Shown here: piece after piece, positions 30,643 to 41,758 of the stretch | Layout of the letters: every line of letters begins with the position of its first letter | Numbering within the stretch: position 1 is the stretch's first letter | NCBI GenBank assembly: GCA_038247415.1 | Contig: JBBRUX010000018.1 | Span: forward strand, 8,633-72,632 | Reading direction: 5' to 3' | Length of the DNA: 64,000 bases | Source of the DNA: Chitinivibrionales bacterium | Lineage (GTDB): Bacteria > Fibrobacterota > Chitinivibrionia > Chitinivibrionales > WJKA01 | Notes under the pieces: generated by a model | What the model saw: the letters and a program-made list of their open reading frames with translations, nothing else | What the model was told of the DNA's origin: nothing | Databases searched by the model: none | Translations under genes and position numbers: made by a program

Positions 30643-31860
30643 ATGAAACTCTCAAAACTTGCCCTCTTAGGTATTGCGTGCTTAGGCATCCAAAGCGCTG
30701 AAGCAAAAACAGCAGCAGAGCTTAAGGCTGCCTTTGCAACCATTATGCCTGCATCGGGCCTCAAAGCTCGTATGGCTTGGGCTCAGGGCGGAACACTTCC
30801 CGATACATTGGCAGATAGAACATTATACGCAGTAGATGGTGACGAAGGCGTTGTAAGAAGGATTCTTCCCACAACTATGAGTGTTGATGTTGATTGGCCA
30901 AACGTAACTGCCGATGGATCCAAGATAGTGTTTGCTGATTTAAAATCTTACTCTGCGTATGTTGTAAACTTTGATGGTACAGGCTTAACTAAATTAGCGG
31001 TAGACATACCTACCGACGAACTTACTTTGGAATATTGGGTTGATGCCAGTGGTGTAGATTGGATTATCGCCGGTGGTGGAGACTGTGGGACAATCCGACG
31101 GTTTAAGCTGAGCGATCCAAAAGTCTGTGTTTCACTCTGGAATAAAACCGGAAACCCCAGCCCAAGTCACGGTGATGGTTTAGGTCTTTCGCAAGATGGT
31201 ACTCGTTTATGCGCTATGTGGGACAGAGGGAGAAATGATGCGAGCGGAATGAGCTATGGTAGCGGTATTGGTGTTGTTCCCGACGGACAAGTCAGTATGA
31301 CACCACTCTGGATAGGCTGCGGAATTTCGATGCTCCCCGACAACTCTTACACTGCAGGCATTGGTAATAAGGATATCCGTGTTGTTGACGGAGCTGGAAA
31401 CATCAAAGTAAAATATGATGTCAATAAGGCTGTTATGGATTATGCAAAGGCACACAATGGAGCAAACAATTGCAACGGCACCTATGAAGAATTCATCAAC
31501 TTTCGTTGGAGTAATAAGCTTGATGTAATATCTTTTGGTTCTTATTGGACAAAAGCGAATCCTTGGATTTACAATGTAAAAACTGGCAAATTTATAAGCA
31601 TAGTAGACGACATGGGTTGTACCAAGGTAGAACACTCCGACCTGATGTTCTATACCGGAACAAGCGTTGTTTCACAGCCTGCACTAGGTGTTGCATTTGA
31701 AAAGAGTCAGTTCAATTCGGATAACCCAATCTATTCACTCAATGGAAGAAGACTTGCACCACACGATATAAGCAAACAAAACGCATCCGGAGCAATGAGT
31801 ATACGCATTATGAAACAGCACAATACACGTGGCATGCAGAAGGTACTTGTGTCACAATAA
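30643..31860 (+). CDS. Secreted TolB/PD40-like beta-propeller protein with T9SS-like tail
   Basis: AAGGAG RBS, signal peptide, WPNVTADGSKIVF...VNFDGTGL, LSQDGTR, C-terminal IYSLNGRRL. Confidence 0.65.
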   Translation: MKLSKLALLGIACLGIQSAEAKTAAELKAAFATIMPASGLKARMAWAQGGTLPDTLADRTLYAVDGDEGVVRRILPTTMSVDVDWPNVTADGSKIVFADLKSYSAYVVNFDGTGLTKLAVDIPTDELTLEYWVDASGVDWIIAGGGDCGTIRRFKLSDPKVCVSLWNKTGNPSPSHGDGLGLSQDGTRLCAMWDRGRNDASGMSYGSGIGVVPDGQVSMTPLWIGCGISMLPDNSYTAGIGNKDIRVVDGAGNIKVKYDVNKAVMDYAKAHNGANNCNGTYEEFINFRWSNKLDVISFGSYWTKANPWIYNVKTGKFISIVDDMGCTKVEHSDLMFYTGTSVVSQPALGVAFEKSQFNSDNPIYSLNGRRLAPHDISKQNASGAMSIRIMKQHNTRGMQKVLVSQ

Positions 31861-31894
31861 TAACTACTTTACGATTCTTAATCAGGAGACATTT

Positions 31895-32758
31895 ATGATA
31901 AGTTATTGTGTTAAAAAACATTTCTTAAAAATGAATTTGGGATGTGCACCACTGTGCGCTCTGTTGTTCTTATTCGTTGCGTATGCAAGTGCGGTTAATC
32001 AACCCCCGGTTGCGCATGCAGGAAATGATACGGCCCTCATTTTAGGTGCAGATTACAATAATTTACGGGGAACAGCTACCGATGATTCGCTTGATATTTA
32101 CAGCCTAATTTACAAATGGACACAAACAAGTGGGCCCACTCCAGGATCTGCCATAGCTGCACCTGATTCACGCACCACACGGGTAACTTTTTCTACTACG
32201 GGAGTTTATGTATTTCTGTTTGAAGTAAGCGATGGAAATCTTACGGGTAAAGATACCATTATTATAACAGTAGTAAAAAATACTCCCTTACGGATTTTAA
32301 CACCCGATACCGGCGCAGTTCTTCAGAATGGCACAACCTATACCATTACGTGGGAAATTTATCCTGTACCAGACCCCTTGAAACTCGATTATTCTCCGGA
32401 TGGGGGAAAAAACTGGATAGAAATCACCAATACACCTGTCGGTAAAGGGATAATGAGATACGATTGGCAAATCCCTGCTGATCTTGCACCCAAAAACACG
32501 TATTCGCTGAGAATCTTTGATTATAACCGTACACTCGGATACATGGCGTACTCGGGCACATTCTCTATTGTATCAACATCGATCATCAAGAGTCAGAAGA
32601 TTTCTTTCTCGGCGATGGCCTTGGGGGCAGTACAAAATTTTAGTATTGACGGGCGTTCCATCTCACAAGAAAAGGCTTTATGCAACGCAAGTATTATGGT
32701 ACATCAGACCAAGAATAGTACTCACAATCGAAATAGTCTCACTGTTACGATCCCCTAA
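31895..32758 (+). CDS. Secreted PKD/K319L-like plus Ig-like domain protein with T9SS-like tail
   Basis: NQPPVAHAGND...YKWTQTSGP...GVYVFLFEVSDG; LDYSPDGGKNW; NFSIDGRSI. Confidence 0.7.
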   Translation: MISYCVKKHFLKMNLGCAPLCALLFLFVAYASAVNQPPVAHAGNDTALILGADYNNLRGTATDDSLDIYSLIYKWTQTSGPTPGSAIAAPDSRTTRVTFSTTGVYVFLFEVSDGNLTGKDTIIITVVKNTPLRILTPDTGAVLQNGTTYTITWEIYPVPDPLKLDYSPDGGKNWIEITNTPVGKGIMRYDWQIPADLAPKNTYSLRIFDYNRTLGYMAYSGTFSIVSTSIIKSQKISFSAMALGAVQNFSIDGRSISQEKALCNASIMVHQTKNSTHNRNSLTVTIP

Positions 32759-32903
32759 AACAAAGCCTCTTTAGTAATCTATGAGCAAAGCTTTATTGAA
32801 TTAAGATTCAATAAGGTTTTGTTCATTCCTGCATTTGCCTCAATACCGGTATTATTTTAATACTAGAGCAGATTTGATCCCCTATTTCCAAAAAGAAGCA
32901 ATC

Positions 32904-33476
32904 ATGATTGATGTTGGATTACCTGGCATTCATGATAAACAATTTGGCTTTTTTAACTGTTTGTCGGTTAAAATGAGTCCGCATGGATACTTTCTCCACG
33001 CTCACGAAAATCACGAATTTTTCTTTTGTTTGCAGGGCACCGGCAAGCAGCTTTCGGACATTCAAACCTACGACATGAAATGTGGCGACTTGTTTTTTTA
33101 TGGAGCAGGAACGCCCCATGTATGCAAGCCATCCGAAGAAATGGAAGAACGACTCAAAGACGTCCTCCATTTTCTCAGTCATCATTTCTCTGAGCCTCTC
33201 ACTGTCGAAGAAATTGCAAAAATGGCGTGCCTCAGCCGTAGCCATTTCCATGCAATTTTCAAAAAATCCACGGGGCTTACGCTGATGCAGTATCTTAACA
33301 AATTAAGAATTTCTGCAGCCGCACAATTTCTCACCAAAACCGATCGTGCCATTTCCAGCATCGCCTACGACTGCGGATTTTCGTGCATAAGCCACTTTTA
33401 TTCGATTTTTAAAGCGGAGCTTAAAATGAGCCCACGGGAATTCAGGATTCATAAAGAACTCAACCTCACACAATAA
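32904..33476 (+). CDS. AraC family transcriptional regulator (unusually short, possible internal deletion)
   Basis: Cupin LHAHENHEFF...GDLF...PH followed almost directly by the AraC HTH pair (LSRSHF...IAYDCGF...F...MSPREFR). Confidence 0.85.
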   Translation: MIDVGLPGIHDKQFGFFNCLSVKMSPHGYFLHAHENHEFFFCLQGTGKQLSDIQTYDMKCGDLFFYGAGTPHVCKPSEEMEERLKDVLHFLSHHFSEPLTVEEIAKMACLSRSHFHAIFKKSTGLTLMQYLNKLRISAAAQFLTKTDRAISSIAYDCGFSCISHFYSIFKAELKMSPREFRIHKELNLTQ

Positions 33477-33699
33477 CGCCGACCAACTGGGGTTTCCAAA
33501 ACACCACTATTGCAATAAATTTCATGATTACATCAAGAAAGTTATCTTTGAAGATTGGATATGCTTGCAACCTTAGAGTATACTTAAATCATTGATTCAT
33601 AAGGTTATGCAAACGTAAAAAAAGTGCATTCAAGCGGCATGCTTGACACTTTACATAGTAGAGGGCTTCATTGAACTCGTTCTTTTCAGATGCACTGGC

Positions 33700-34470
33700 A
33701 CGAATAGAAGGCAGCTTTGCTGGGGGCAAATCGTTTACAAACTTGGAATTTCTGGCGTGCTGATGGGCAAGCCGACAGTGCACATGTGGGCGAAAACAAC
33801 ACCTCTAATCACCGTAATACGTTTAGCTTGATTTTGAAATATCATCCTTTTGAACAGTTAACGTTATCTGGTGGCATGGAGTTTTTCTTTATTACTCCCG
33901 TTTTTTATGGCCAAAAGGCAACACTGCCACGCCACAATTTATAAATACTTCAGGAAAATCCAGAGATGTACTCTATAGGGACGGATCCCTCTTTGCGGAA
34001 GCGAATTTTAACAACCCCATTGTCAACATTACTGCTGGCGCTCGCTATGAGATGCGTTCTGGCCCACAAATCCAGGATTCTTTAGGAGAAATAGTTCCTC
34101 GTATCGCTCTTACCAGGGAATTCAGCCCTCTGTGTGGGTATCTTCTTATTGCAAAATCATTCAGAATCCCCTCTATTTCAAACTATTCTTGGGAACCATT
34201 CGATTCTGCAACCCAAAATATATTCCCCTTGCTCCCGAAAAAGTTATGAACTATGAAATTGAATGTGGCTGGCAAATAACCAGATTCATGTCACTTGCGG
34301 GCAATCTTTTTGCCAATCAAATATCAGATCCGCTCGTATGGAGCGACGATCCTAATGGGTATCTTAATTATCCATCGAGTGGTACCTATGGAGGAGAAGC
34401 GGATATTCGTTTGCGAAGTTTTTGGGGATACACAAATTTTGCCTATTCATATTATTCCATAAAGTATATT
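33700..34470 (+). pseudogene. TonB-dependent receptor remnant (frameshifted, both ends lost; limits approximate)
   Basis: Barrel fragments in different frames: LTLSGGMEF; NITAGARYE...VPRIAL...KSFRIPS; LAPEKVMNYEIECGW...GGEADIR...NFAYSYY. Confidence 0.7.
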
Positions 34471-34655
34471 AGTTACGTTTTAATTACTTGGGTGAAGTGT
34501 ATTTTTTTCAATGTACCCACCCACGACTCGCTCTCCGATCGAGCTCAGCACAGGTTTCCAAAGGGACTCGTTTTTTCCCTCTTGATCTTCTGCTCTTCTT
34601 CCATCTCCGCAGCGTGTCACCATTTTTTTAATCTTTCGATGGAGGAAGACCTGCT

Positions 34656-35894
34656 ATGGGTTTCTCAAAAATCAATCTTGTTGAATCGGTTATTCAAGGA
34701 GTGTATGCATCTGGGTATGCTACCCCCACAGCCATTCAAGCGAAAGCAATTCCTGCAGCGCTTGTAGGACGCGATATCTTGGGGTGCGCCCCAACCGGCA
34801 CGGGAAAAACAGCAGCATTTGTGTTGCCGATTCTCGATAGGCTCGTTCGTTCTACGATTGCAACGCACCGCAATCCGCACCCTCGCGCGCTCATCCTTAC
34901 CCCAACCCGTGAGCTTGCCCAGCAGATTGAAGATTCAATCAATAAATATGGCATGTATACATCCCTTACGCCGTTATCTATTTATGGCGGAGTCTCGATG
35001 GTCAATCAGCTTAAGGCACTTAAAAACCGCCCCGATATAATTATTGCAACCCCTGGCCGGCTCTTGGATCATTTGGAACGACGCAGCATTAACCTCTCGT
35101 GTGTCGAAGTTCTCGTTCTTGATGAAGCTGATCGTATGTACGATATGGGTTTTATTCATGATGTGCGCAGAATTATTAGCCAAGTACCTGCAAAACGACA
35201 AACCATGCTCTTTTCGGCAACCATGTCTAAAGAAATTCGGGCCCTTGTTGCAAGCATCCAGCACAACCCTGAGCTTGTTGACATTGGAATACCCACTACC
35301 CCAACAGAAACAGTAGAACAAATTTTCTTTTCGGTAGAAAAAGATAGCAAACTCGATTTACTTACGCACATTCTCCAAAAAGAACCCATCGAAACGATGC
35401 TTGTTTTTTCTAGAACAAAGCACGGTGCCGACCGGATCGCCAAAACACTTGAGCGCAGAGGAATCTCCAGCGCTACTATTCATTCAAACCGATCTCAACC
35501 ACAACGACAACGCGCTCTAGATGGTTTCAAGGCACGTGAATTTAGGGTTCTGGTTGCAACTGATATTGCAGCACGGGGCATTGACATTCACAAGGTATCC
35601 CATGTTGTAAATTATGACACGCCAGCATTCCCCGAAGACTATGTGCACCGTATTGGACGCACTGGCCGGGCCGAAGAAAAAGGGAAAGCGCTTACGTTTG
35701 TTTCGCAAGAAGAAGAAAAATATCTTAATAAAATTGCCAAAATCACCACGAGCAAACCTGCACTCGAAAAATATCCTGGGTTTAACAACCTCCCAAAAGT
35801 AAAACAATCACCGCCGTTTGTAACCCCGAGTTCCAGACCTCGTGGATATTCTTCGCAACCGCGCAAGACTAACCCACCGCACTACGCTCGGTAG
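34656..35894 (+). CDS. DEAD-box RNA helicase (RhlE-like)
   Basis: Q motif, APTGTGKT, PTRELA, TPGRL, DEAD, SAT, ARGID, HRIGRTGR. Confidence 0.97.
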   Translation: MGFSKINLVESVIQGVYASGYATPTAIQAKAIPAALVGRDILGCAPTGTGKTAAFVLPILDRLVRSTIATHRNPHPRALILTPTRELAQQIEDSINKYGMYTSLTPLSIYGGVSMVNQLKALKNRPDIIIATPGRLLDHLERRSINLSCVEVLVLDEADRMYDMGFIHDVRRIISQVPAKRQTMLFSATMSKEIRALVASIQHNPELVDIGIPTTPTETVEQIFFSVEKDSKLDLLTHILQKEPIETMLVFSRTKHGADRIAKTLERRGISSATIHSNRSQPQRQRALDGFKAREFRVLVATDIAARGIDIHKVSHVVNYDTPAFPEDYVHRIGRTGRAEEKGKALTFVSQEEEKYLNKIAKITTSKPALEKYPGFNNLPKVKQSPPFVTPSSRPRGYSSQPRKTNPPHYAR

Positions 35895-35963
35895 CTCAGA
35901 TTATATTACTATAATCTTTGATAAGAGTGCTCCTGCTGAATTCAAAATCAATCGGAGGGCCCT

Positions 35964-38621
35964 ATGGCGGCAAAAAAATTCTCACATGCGCTTTTTTGCG
36001 CAGCATTTTTTGTCGGAACTCTTTTTGCATCAGAGTATTATGTGAGCTCTGTGGGAAACGACGATAGCGTTGGAACCCAAAGCTCGCCTTGGAAAACTAT
36101 TGCAAAAGCAAACTCAAAAACATTAGTACCGGGCGACAAAGTCTTTTTCAAACGAGGGGACACCTTTTTTGGAAGCATTTTGGTGTTTAACTCAGGAACT
36201 ACTGGCTCCCTCATTACTTATGGAGCCTATGGGACTGGCAATCGTCCGGTAATCTCAGGCGCACCACTTATTACTGGTTGGCAATTGGTATCGGGTAAAT
36301 ACGTTGCGACTTATAATGGCGATGCCACAATACCCGTTGAGCAACTTTTTGCAGGCACTGCACCTCTTCATATAGCACGATTTCCTAATACCGGATACAT
36401 TCCTATAGATACCGCAATAAGCCGAACAGAACTAACGTGTTCTGCTCTTGCAGGCTCTACCGATTGGACTGGAGCATACGTTCATATCAGGAGCGAACGA
36501 TGGTCTCTTGACGCTCGAAAAATAATTGATTTTAACAAAACTTCCGGACACATTACTCTGGACAAAGCAGCCAATTATGATATAAATAAAAGCGAAGGTC
36601 TCTTTATAAACGGCGTTTTAGCAGCCATTGACACAGAAGAATGGTACTACGATTCTCTCAATAAGAAGGTCTATCTAACGGCAGCCCAAATCCCACAAAA
36701 GCTCTTTGGATCTACAATCCCTTATGGCCTCCTAAGTTCGGGGCAATCATTCGTAACCATAGATAACCTCGCATTTTTTGGACAGACTCAGGCAAATATC
36801 AGAATAGACGGAGGATCGAGTATCACGATTTCTAATTGTTACGCTCGCTATTCGGATGGTTTTGGGATCTTGCTCTCTGCCAATTCTTCGACTATTGACG
36901 GTTGCGTAATAGCATATGCCAATGAAGGAGGTTTAAAACTCTACGGAAACGCCAATCGTATTGCCCATTCAACCATTACAAACATAGGCATGATGGACCG
37001 GCTTAATAGGTTTGGTCTTGGAGGGGATTGCTGCACAGGTCGGGCACTCGATTTTGGGGGTAGTGACAATATTATCAGCGAAAACAACATCGATTCCATT
37101 GGATATGTAGGTATCGGCTTTGGTGGCCCCAATAATCTTATTGAAAAAAATCTTGTCCAACATATTTGCATGACTACCGATGATGGTGCAGCGATTTACA
37201 CTTGGAGCCCCAATTTTGATAGCACCGGATCGGCTGGAACAATTATTCGCAAAAATATTGTAGGCAATGCAGTTGGCGCCCCACAGGGAACCGGTAGCAC
37301 AAGCAACAACTCCTGTCAAGGTATTTACATGGACGACAGAACACATCATGTACGCATAGACAGCAATACTGTATTCAATAATTATTTGGGTATTTTTCTT
37401 CATAATAACAGATACCATACCGTAACAGGAAATATCTGCTACGGCAACACAGGTCATCAGATTCAAATCAGCCGCGATGCAATAGTGAGTCAGCAAGTGT
37501 ATGGGAATCAGGTTTACGATAACATATTCTATTCGACAAGCGAATCTCAAGGCACGATAACGCAGGCTCGGTCTGCTCAACAGGATTCAAATATGGTTTC
37601 TCTGGCGCGCAATTACACGGTTGTTGAAAACCCTTTTTCTGCACTTTGTCTAAAAGATGGGATACCAGTTTGGAAAAAAACATTTGTAAATGATACCTTT
37701 GCAACCATTGGAACTAATAAAATTTCTTCTGGCGAATTTGATCAGGCTACTCTTGCATGGGGCTGTTGGCCATCCCAATACTTTGCACTCTCAAAAGACT
37801 CATTGGCATCTCCCGACAAGGCATGCCTCATAGTACACTATTTTGGAAATCCTGCCAATGGTGCGCCTATCTTCTTTACCAATACAACCTATCCTCTGGA
37901 TTCTGGACATATTTACCGGCTGCGATTTTCTGCAAAGGCAAATCACGCGGGAAGTATGAATTGTTTTGCGCGCATGTCGGGGGCACCCTATACTGGATCG
38001 GGTCTTACTAGGACTATTACACTTGACACAATCTGGAAAGACTACGAACTCTTTTTTGAAGCTACCTTAACAAACGCAAATAGCAGGGTCGATTTCTACC
38101 CTACCAAAACAGACACGCTGATGTGGATGGATAATGTATCGCTTTACGAAATAAATAGTAGTCAAATAAACACGGCATTAAAATCAAAACTTTTTATCAA
38201 TACCACATCGTCCTCAAAGACTTTTCCGCTTGGCCTGCCCAAATGGAGTGATGTGGTGGGAAATCAGAATATTACGGGAAGCATTTCCCTGCAAGCGTAC
38301 CAAGGCAAAATCCTCATCAACGATTCGATAGGAACAACACCTTTAAGGACCCCCCTACGTCTTGTTACATCTTCCCGTCTGATACACTCGATACAGATTA
38401 CTAAAGAGGGATTATCCTTGCTGCTTTCACCTTCACAAACTCGTACGAACATTTCGGTTATCGATATGCAAGGCCGCCTCATCAAGAGCTGCCCAGTAAG
38501 CGCAGGGGATACAGAGAAACGGTTAGCCATACATGCCAACAATCGATGGGGATCAAAAGTTTTTATTGTAGTGGTGTCTAATAAAGCAAGGAGTGAAATT
38601 TACAAATCGATTACTTATTAG
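35964..38621 (+). CDS. Secreted beta-helix protein with CBM4/9-like module and T9SS C-terminal domain
   Basis: YYVSSVGND...PWKTI...PGDKVFFKRGD, DDGAAIY, GIYMDD, YRLRFSAKA...WMDNVSL, ISVIDMQGRLI. Confidence 0.85.
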   Translation: MAAKKFSHALFCAAFFVGTLFASEYYVSSVGNDDSVGTQSSPWKTIAKANSKTLVPGDKVFFKRGDTFFGSILVFNSGTTGSLITYGAYGTGNRPVISGAPLITGWQLVSGKYVATYNGDATIPVEQLFAGTAPLHIARFPNTGYIPIDTAISRTELTCSALAGSTDWTGAYVHIRSERWSLDARKIIDFNKTSGHITLDKAANYDINKSEGLFINGVLAAIDTEEWYYDSLNKKVYLTAAQIPQKLFGSTIPYGLLSSGQSFVTIDNLAFFGQTQANIRIDGGSSITISNCYARYSDGFGILLSANSSTIDGCVIAYANEGGLKLYGNANRIAHSTITNIGMMDRLNRFGLGGDCCTGRALDFGGSDNIISENNIDSIGYVGIGFGGPNNLIEKNLVQHICMTTDDGAAIYTWSPNFDSTGSAGTIIRKNIVGNAVGAPQGTGSTSNNSCQGIYMDDRTHHVRIDSNTVFNNYLGIFLHNNRYHTVTGNICYGNTGHQIQISRDAIVSQQVYGNQVYDNIFYSTSESQGTITQARSAQQDSNMVSLARNYTVVENPFSALCLKDGIPVWKKTFVNDTFATIGTNKISSGEFDQATLAWGCWPSQYFALSKDSLASPDKACLIVHYFGNPANGAPIFFTNTTYPLDSGHIYRLRFSAKANHAGSMNCFARMSGAPYTGSGLTRTITLDTIWKDYELFFEATLTNANSRVDFYPTKTDTLMWMDNVSLYEINSSQINTALKSKLFINTTSSSKTFPLGLPKWSDVVGNQNITGSISLQAYQGKILINDSIGTTPLRTPLRLVTSSRLIHSIQITKEGLSLLLSPSQTRTNISVIDMQGRLIKSCPVSAGDTEKRLAIHANNRWGSKVFIVVVSNKARSEIYKSITY

Positions 38622-39579
38622 AATTCCTTTGATTTCCAAAATACTCCAGGAAGCGGAACATCCCTGCCCGCAACCTTGCCTGTAGATCGGCATTTTAAAA
38701 AAGTTGAAGTGGCATCGCTGCGCAGCAAATGGCTTGATAAAAACGCACTTTTTGTTGCAATGAAATCTGGGCAGGATGGGTTAAACCATGGGCACCTTGA
38801 TCTGGGAAGTTTTGTATTTGACGCCAATGGAGAACGTTGGGCAACGGATTTGGCGGGCGATGACTATAACCTTCCCTCATACTTTTCGAACCTTCGGTGG
38901 ACATACTACCGGCTTCGTGCTGAAGTTCATAATACGCTTGTTATCAATCCCGACACATCAGGGGGGCAAAGCATTACTGCATCTACATTCATTACTCCTT
39001 TTGTTTCGTCAAACAATGCAAGCGGAATGATAGCCGACCTGACTTCTGCCTACGCGATTTCATCCAAGTCTGTTAAAAGGGGCATTGCGCTTATCAACAA
39101 CAAATCTCAATTGCTCATTCAGGATGAAATTATCAACAAAGCGCCTTCTACCGTGTATTGGTTCTTTCATACTTCCGATACTTTAAAAATCAGACTCAAG
39201 CACTATAACGGTACTTGCCACACCAATTTCAACCGCTTCTGCGCAAGCTACCGTTTCCATTCCGACACGTGGCCGGCTCGCCAATCCAACATGGCCAAAA
39301 GGATCGGCGATTGCGACCGCATTTAATCCGAACACGCCCCAAAGGCCAAATGCACACATTCACTGCTCACCACATACTCTCACACTGAGTGGCTATTCTG
39401 CTCAAAGAATTCAATTATTTTCAACAACTGGTATGCTTTTAGCATCAGGTCAATCTAATAACGACTATCAAACTAAGGGCGTATATTTTAAAAACCTTGT
39501 TCCTGGTGCATACTTCATACACATCAAATCTTCGGATACTACCCGTTCTTTTTCTACGCGGGTTATTATCCCTCAATAA
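38622..39579 (+). pseudogene. Heparinase II/III-family lyase remnant with T9SS tail
   Basis: No start or N-terminus; HGHLDLGSF...WATDL...YYRLRAEVHNTL; frame change near 39188 into SDSSTITV...IQLFSTTGMLL...LVPGAYFIHIK...PQ* ending at 39579. Confidence 0.8.
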
Positions 39580-39879
39580 TCAAGCATTTCTTACCTATTT
39601 CTACAACCACCTCTATGGTTTTATTTACAAGCAATAGAGGCACCCATACATATGCGTACCGCTTTTTTAAGCTGAAGCCAAAAAGGGATTGCTGCATCTA
39701 TTTAGGAAAAAGGGTTTTCTATCAAACCATACTAAACAATTCCTTCTTAAAAGTGGTAAAAAAAAGAATTTTTTTCCCACAAGGATCTTCGCTCAATTTA
39801 TCTTTTATCAAGAGTTCATAATTTCGGTTTGGAAGCCCTTCTTTTACATTTTTTACAATTTTCTAGACTCAGGCACATT

Positions 39880-41694
39880 ATGCTCGTTAAAAAACATTCA
39901 TCGCAACTATTTTTGGCCATTTTAGTAATCACAGGAATGCTTTTTCCTGTGTGGTCGATAAACATTAAGCTCTCAACCGGAGCTACATTTTCTGGGGAGC
40001 TTGTCTCAGAAAACACCAATTTCATGGTGCTACTCTCCGAAGGCTCGCGTATCAATATTTCAAAAACAATGATCGCATCTATAAATAATGTCCCTTTCGA
40101 TAATACCGCACCCGCATCTGGGTCTCAACCAACAAAACAATCAACAACTGCTACCTTGCAACCTCAACCAACTGGTCAGATAACAAGTCCACAAACAGGA
40201 AAATCATTTCACACAGGAGAAATGCTTACCGTAAAATTATCAAATGGTACGGTATACCAAGGCACGCTTGTTTTGGCAACCGACAACATCTTCATTCTTG
40301 ACATTGAGGGATCCTCAATCAAAATTTACAAACACCTTATCGCGACTGTCAATGGAGTGCCTTTTGGGGCACCTGCACCTGCTCAGGTAAAACCCACAGC
40401 GCTAAAAACCGTAGCCCCAGCAACAATAAAAGTCGACGATTTTGTAGAAGAAGATTTAGAAGTAGAAGAGCTCTCAGATGAACCAGCACCTGCAAAAAAA
40501 ACAATAGCGACTACAAAATCATTGCAGCCAACCCAAGGTACGTCTCCTATTCCTACTGGGTCAAAGGCACCCATTCAATCAAGTACCCTTGCGCCTAAAC
40601 CAGCGGTTGCAAATCCTGTTTCGCCACAAGCCACCGAAACCACTGTACCGCCTGCGCCGATTCAGCCAAAACCTATAGTACAAGCACCTGTGCAAAGAAC
40701 ACTTTCCTCATCGGAACTTACGAAAAAAACGAACGAATTAAAATCTTCGTCGCCAGCCATTCGATTAAGCGCACTTGTCGTTATCGGCGAAGCAGGATCA
40801 AATGCAGCTACCGCGGCGGAACCTGTATGTAAACTCCTTGGGGATACCGCCGTTTTCATTCCCAGTATTCAAAGCGCAAATGATCCTATTCTTAACAGCA
40901 TTCTTTCAACCATCCCCCTAGCAAAACAGGCGCAATCTACACTTGTCAAGATCGGTAAGGCTTCTATCAAACCGCTTTTGGAATCTCTAAAAGACAAAAG
41001 AGAGTTTGTTCGTAGTAATGCAATTGCAACACTTGGGGATCTTCAAAACCCTGAAACTGCGAAATCTCTTATTATTTTTCTCGGGGATTCCAGCATAACC
41101 ATTTCCGATCAATCCACCAAGGCGCTTATATCCATAAACGATGCACCATCTCTTATTGCCGCCCTCAAGGATAAGGATAGTGATATTCGTAAAGCCAGTG
41201 CAGATATTCTTGGTCAACTGAACGGCGAAGCCACCATAAGCGCTCTCATAAAAGCCTTATCGGATAAAGATTCGTATGTTCGAGAAAAATGCGCCATAGC
41301 CTTAGGAGATCTAAAGGCTAGCGAGGCTATACCTGAACTTATAAAACTCTTATCTGACAACATTTCGTTTGTGCGCCGACAATGTGCAGAAGCACTGGGC
41401 AATATCGAAGACACTCGCGTTATGGAAGCTCTCATTGCTGCGCAAAATGATGAAAGCGATATAGTGCGTCAAACAATTAAAACATCCTTAAAACGCTTGC
41501 TTAAAATCGAATTTAGGAAGTATAATGATAATGCTGAATCGCTTATTGAAGCACTGCAACACCCAGATGAATCAATCCGACAACGTGCAGCAAACACGTT
41601 GTGGCTCTTAACGGAACAAAAATTAGGCGTTGATTATGATGCGTGGAAGTCCTGGTGGAGTACTCACAAAGATTCTATTAAACCTATTCGATAA
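39880..41694 (+). CDS. Exported HEAT-repeat protein with two N-terminal Sm/Hfq-like modules
   Basis: Signal peptide, two ~46-aa repeats, Pro/Thr linker, PBS-lyase HEAT repeats (LIAALKDKDSDIRKASADILG). Confidence 0.8.
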   Translation: MLVKKHSSQLFLAILVITGMLFPVWSINIKLSTGATFSGELVSENTNFMVLLSEGSRINISKTMIASINNVPFDNTAPASGSQPTKQSTTATLQPQPTGQITSPQTGKSFHTGEMLTVKLSNGTVYQGTLVLATDNIFILDIEGSSIKIYKHLIATVNGVPFGAPAPAQVKPTALKTVAPATIKVDDFVEEDLEVEELSDEPAPAKKTIATTKSLQPTQGTSPIPTGSKAPIQSSTLAPKPAVANPVSPQATETTVPPAPIQPKPIVQAPVQRTLSSSELTKKTNELKSSSPAIRLSALVVIGEAGSNAATAAEPVCKLLGDTAVFIPSIQSANDPILNSILSTIPLAKQAQSTLVKIGKASIKPLLESLKDKREFVRSNAIATLGDLQNPETAKSLIIFLGDSSITISDQSTKALISINDAPSLIAALKDKDSDIRKASADILGQLNGEATISALIKALSDKDSYVREKCAIALGDLKASEAIPELIKLLSDNISFVRRQCAEALGNIEDTRVMEALIAAQNDESDIVRQTIKTSLKRLLKIEFRKYNDNAESLIEALQHPDESIRQRAANTLWLLTEQKLGVDYDAWKSWWSTHKDSIKPIR

Positions 41695-41758
41695 AAAGGC
41701 ATTATAAGGCACGCTACACGGTTGCCACAACCCCACGTGCCGATTTCTCATTATTCTT

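Noticed and set aside
34132..34767. 211-aa ORF as a real gene
   Set aside because: Only its middle matches TBDR barrel strands; the rest is read-through of intergenic DNA into the helicase start
38619..38621. Programmed TAG read-through fusing the beta-helix protein to the heparinase domain
   Set aside because: The upstream protein already ends in a T9SS CTD, and the downstream part is truncated and frameshifted; a deletion junction is simpler
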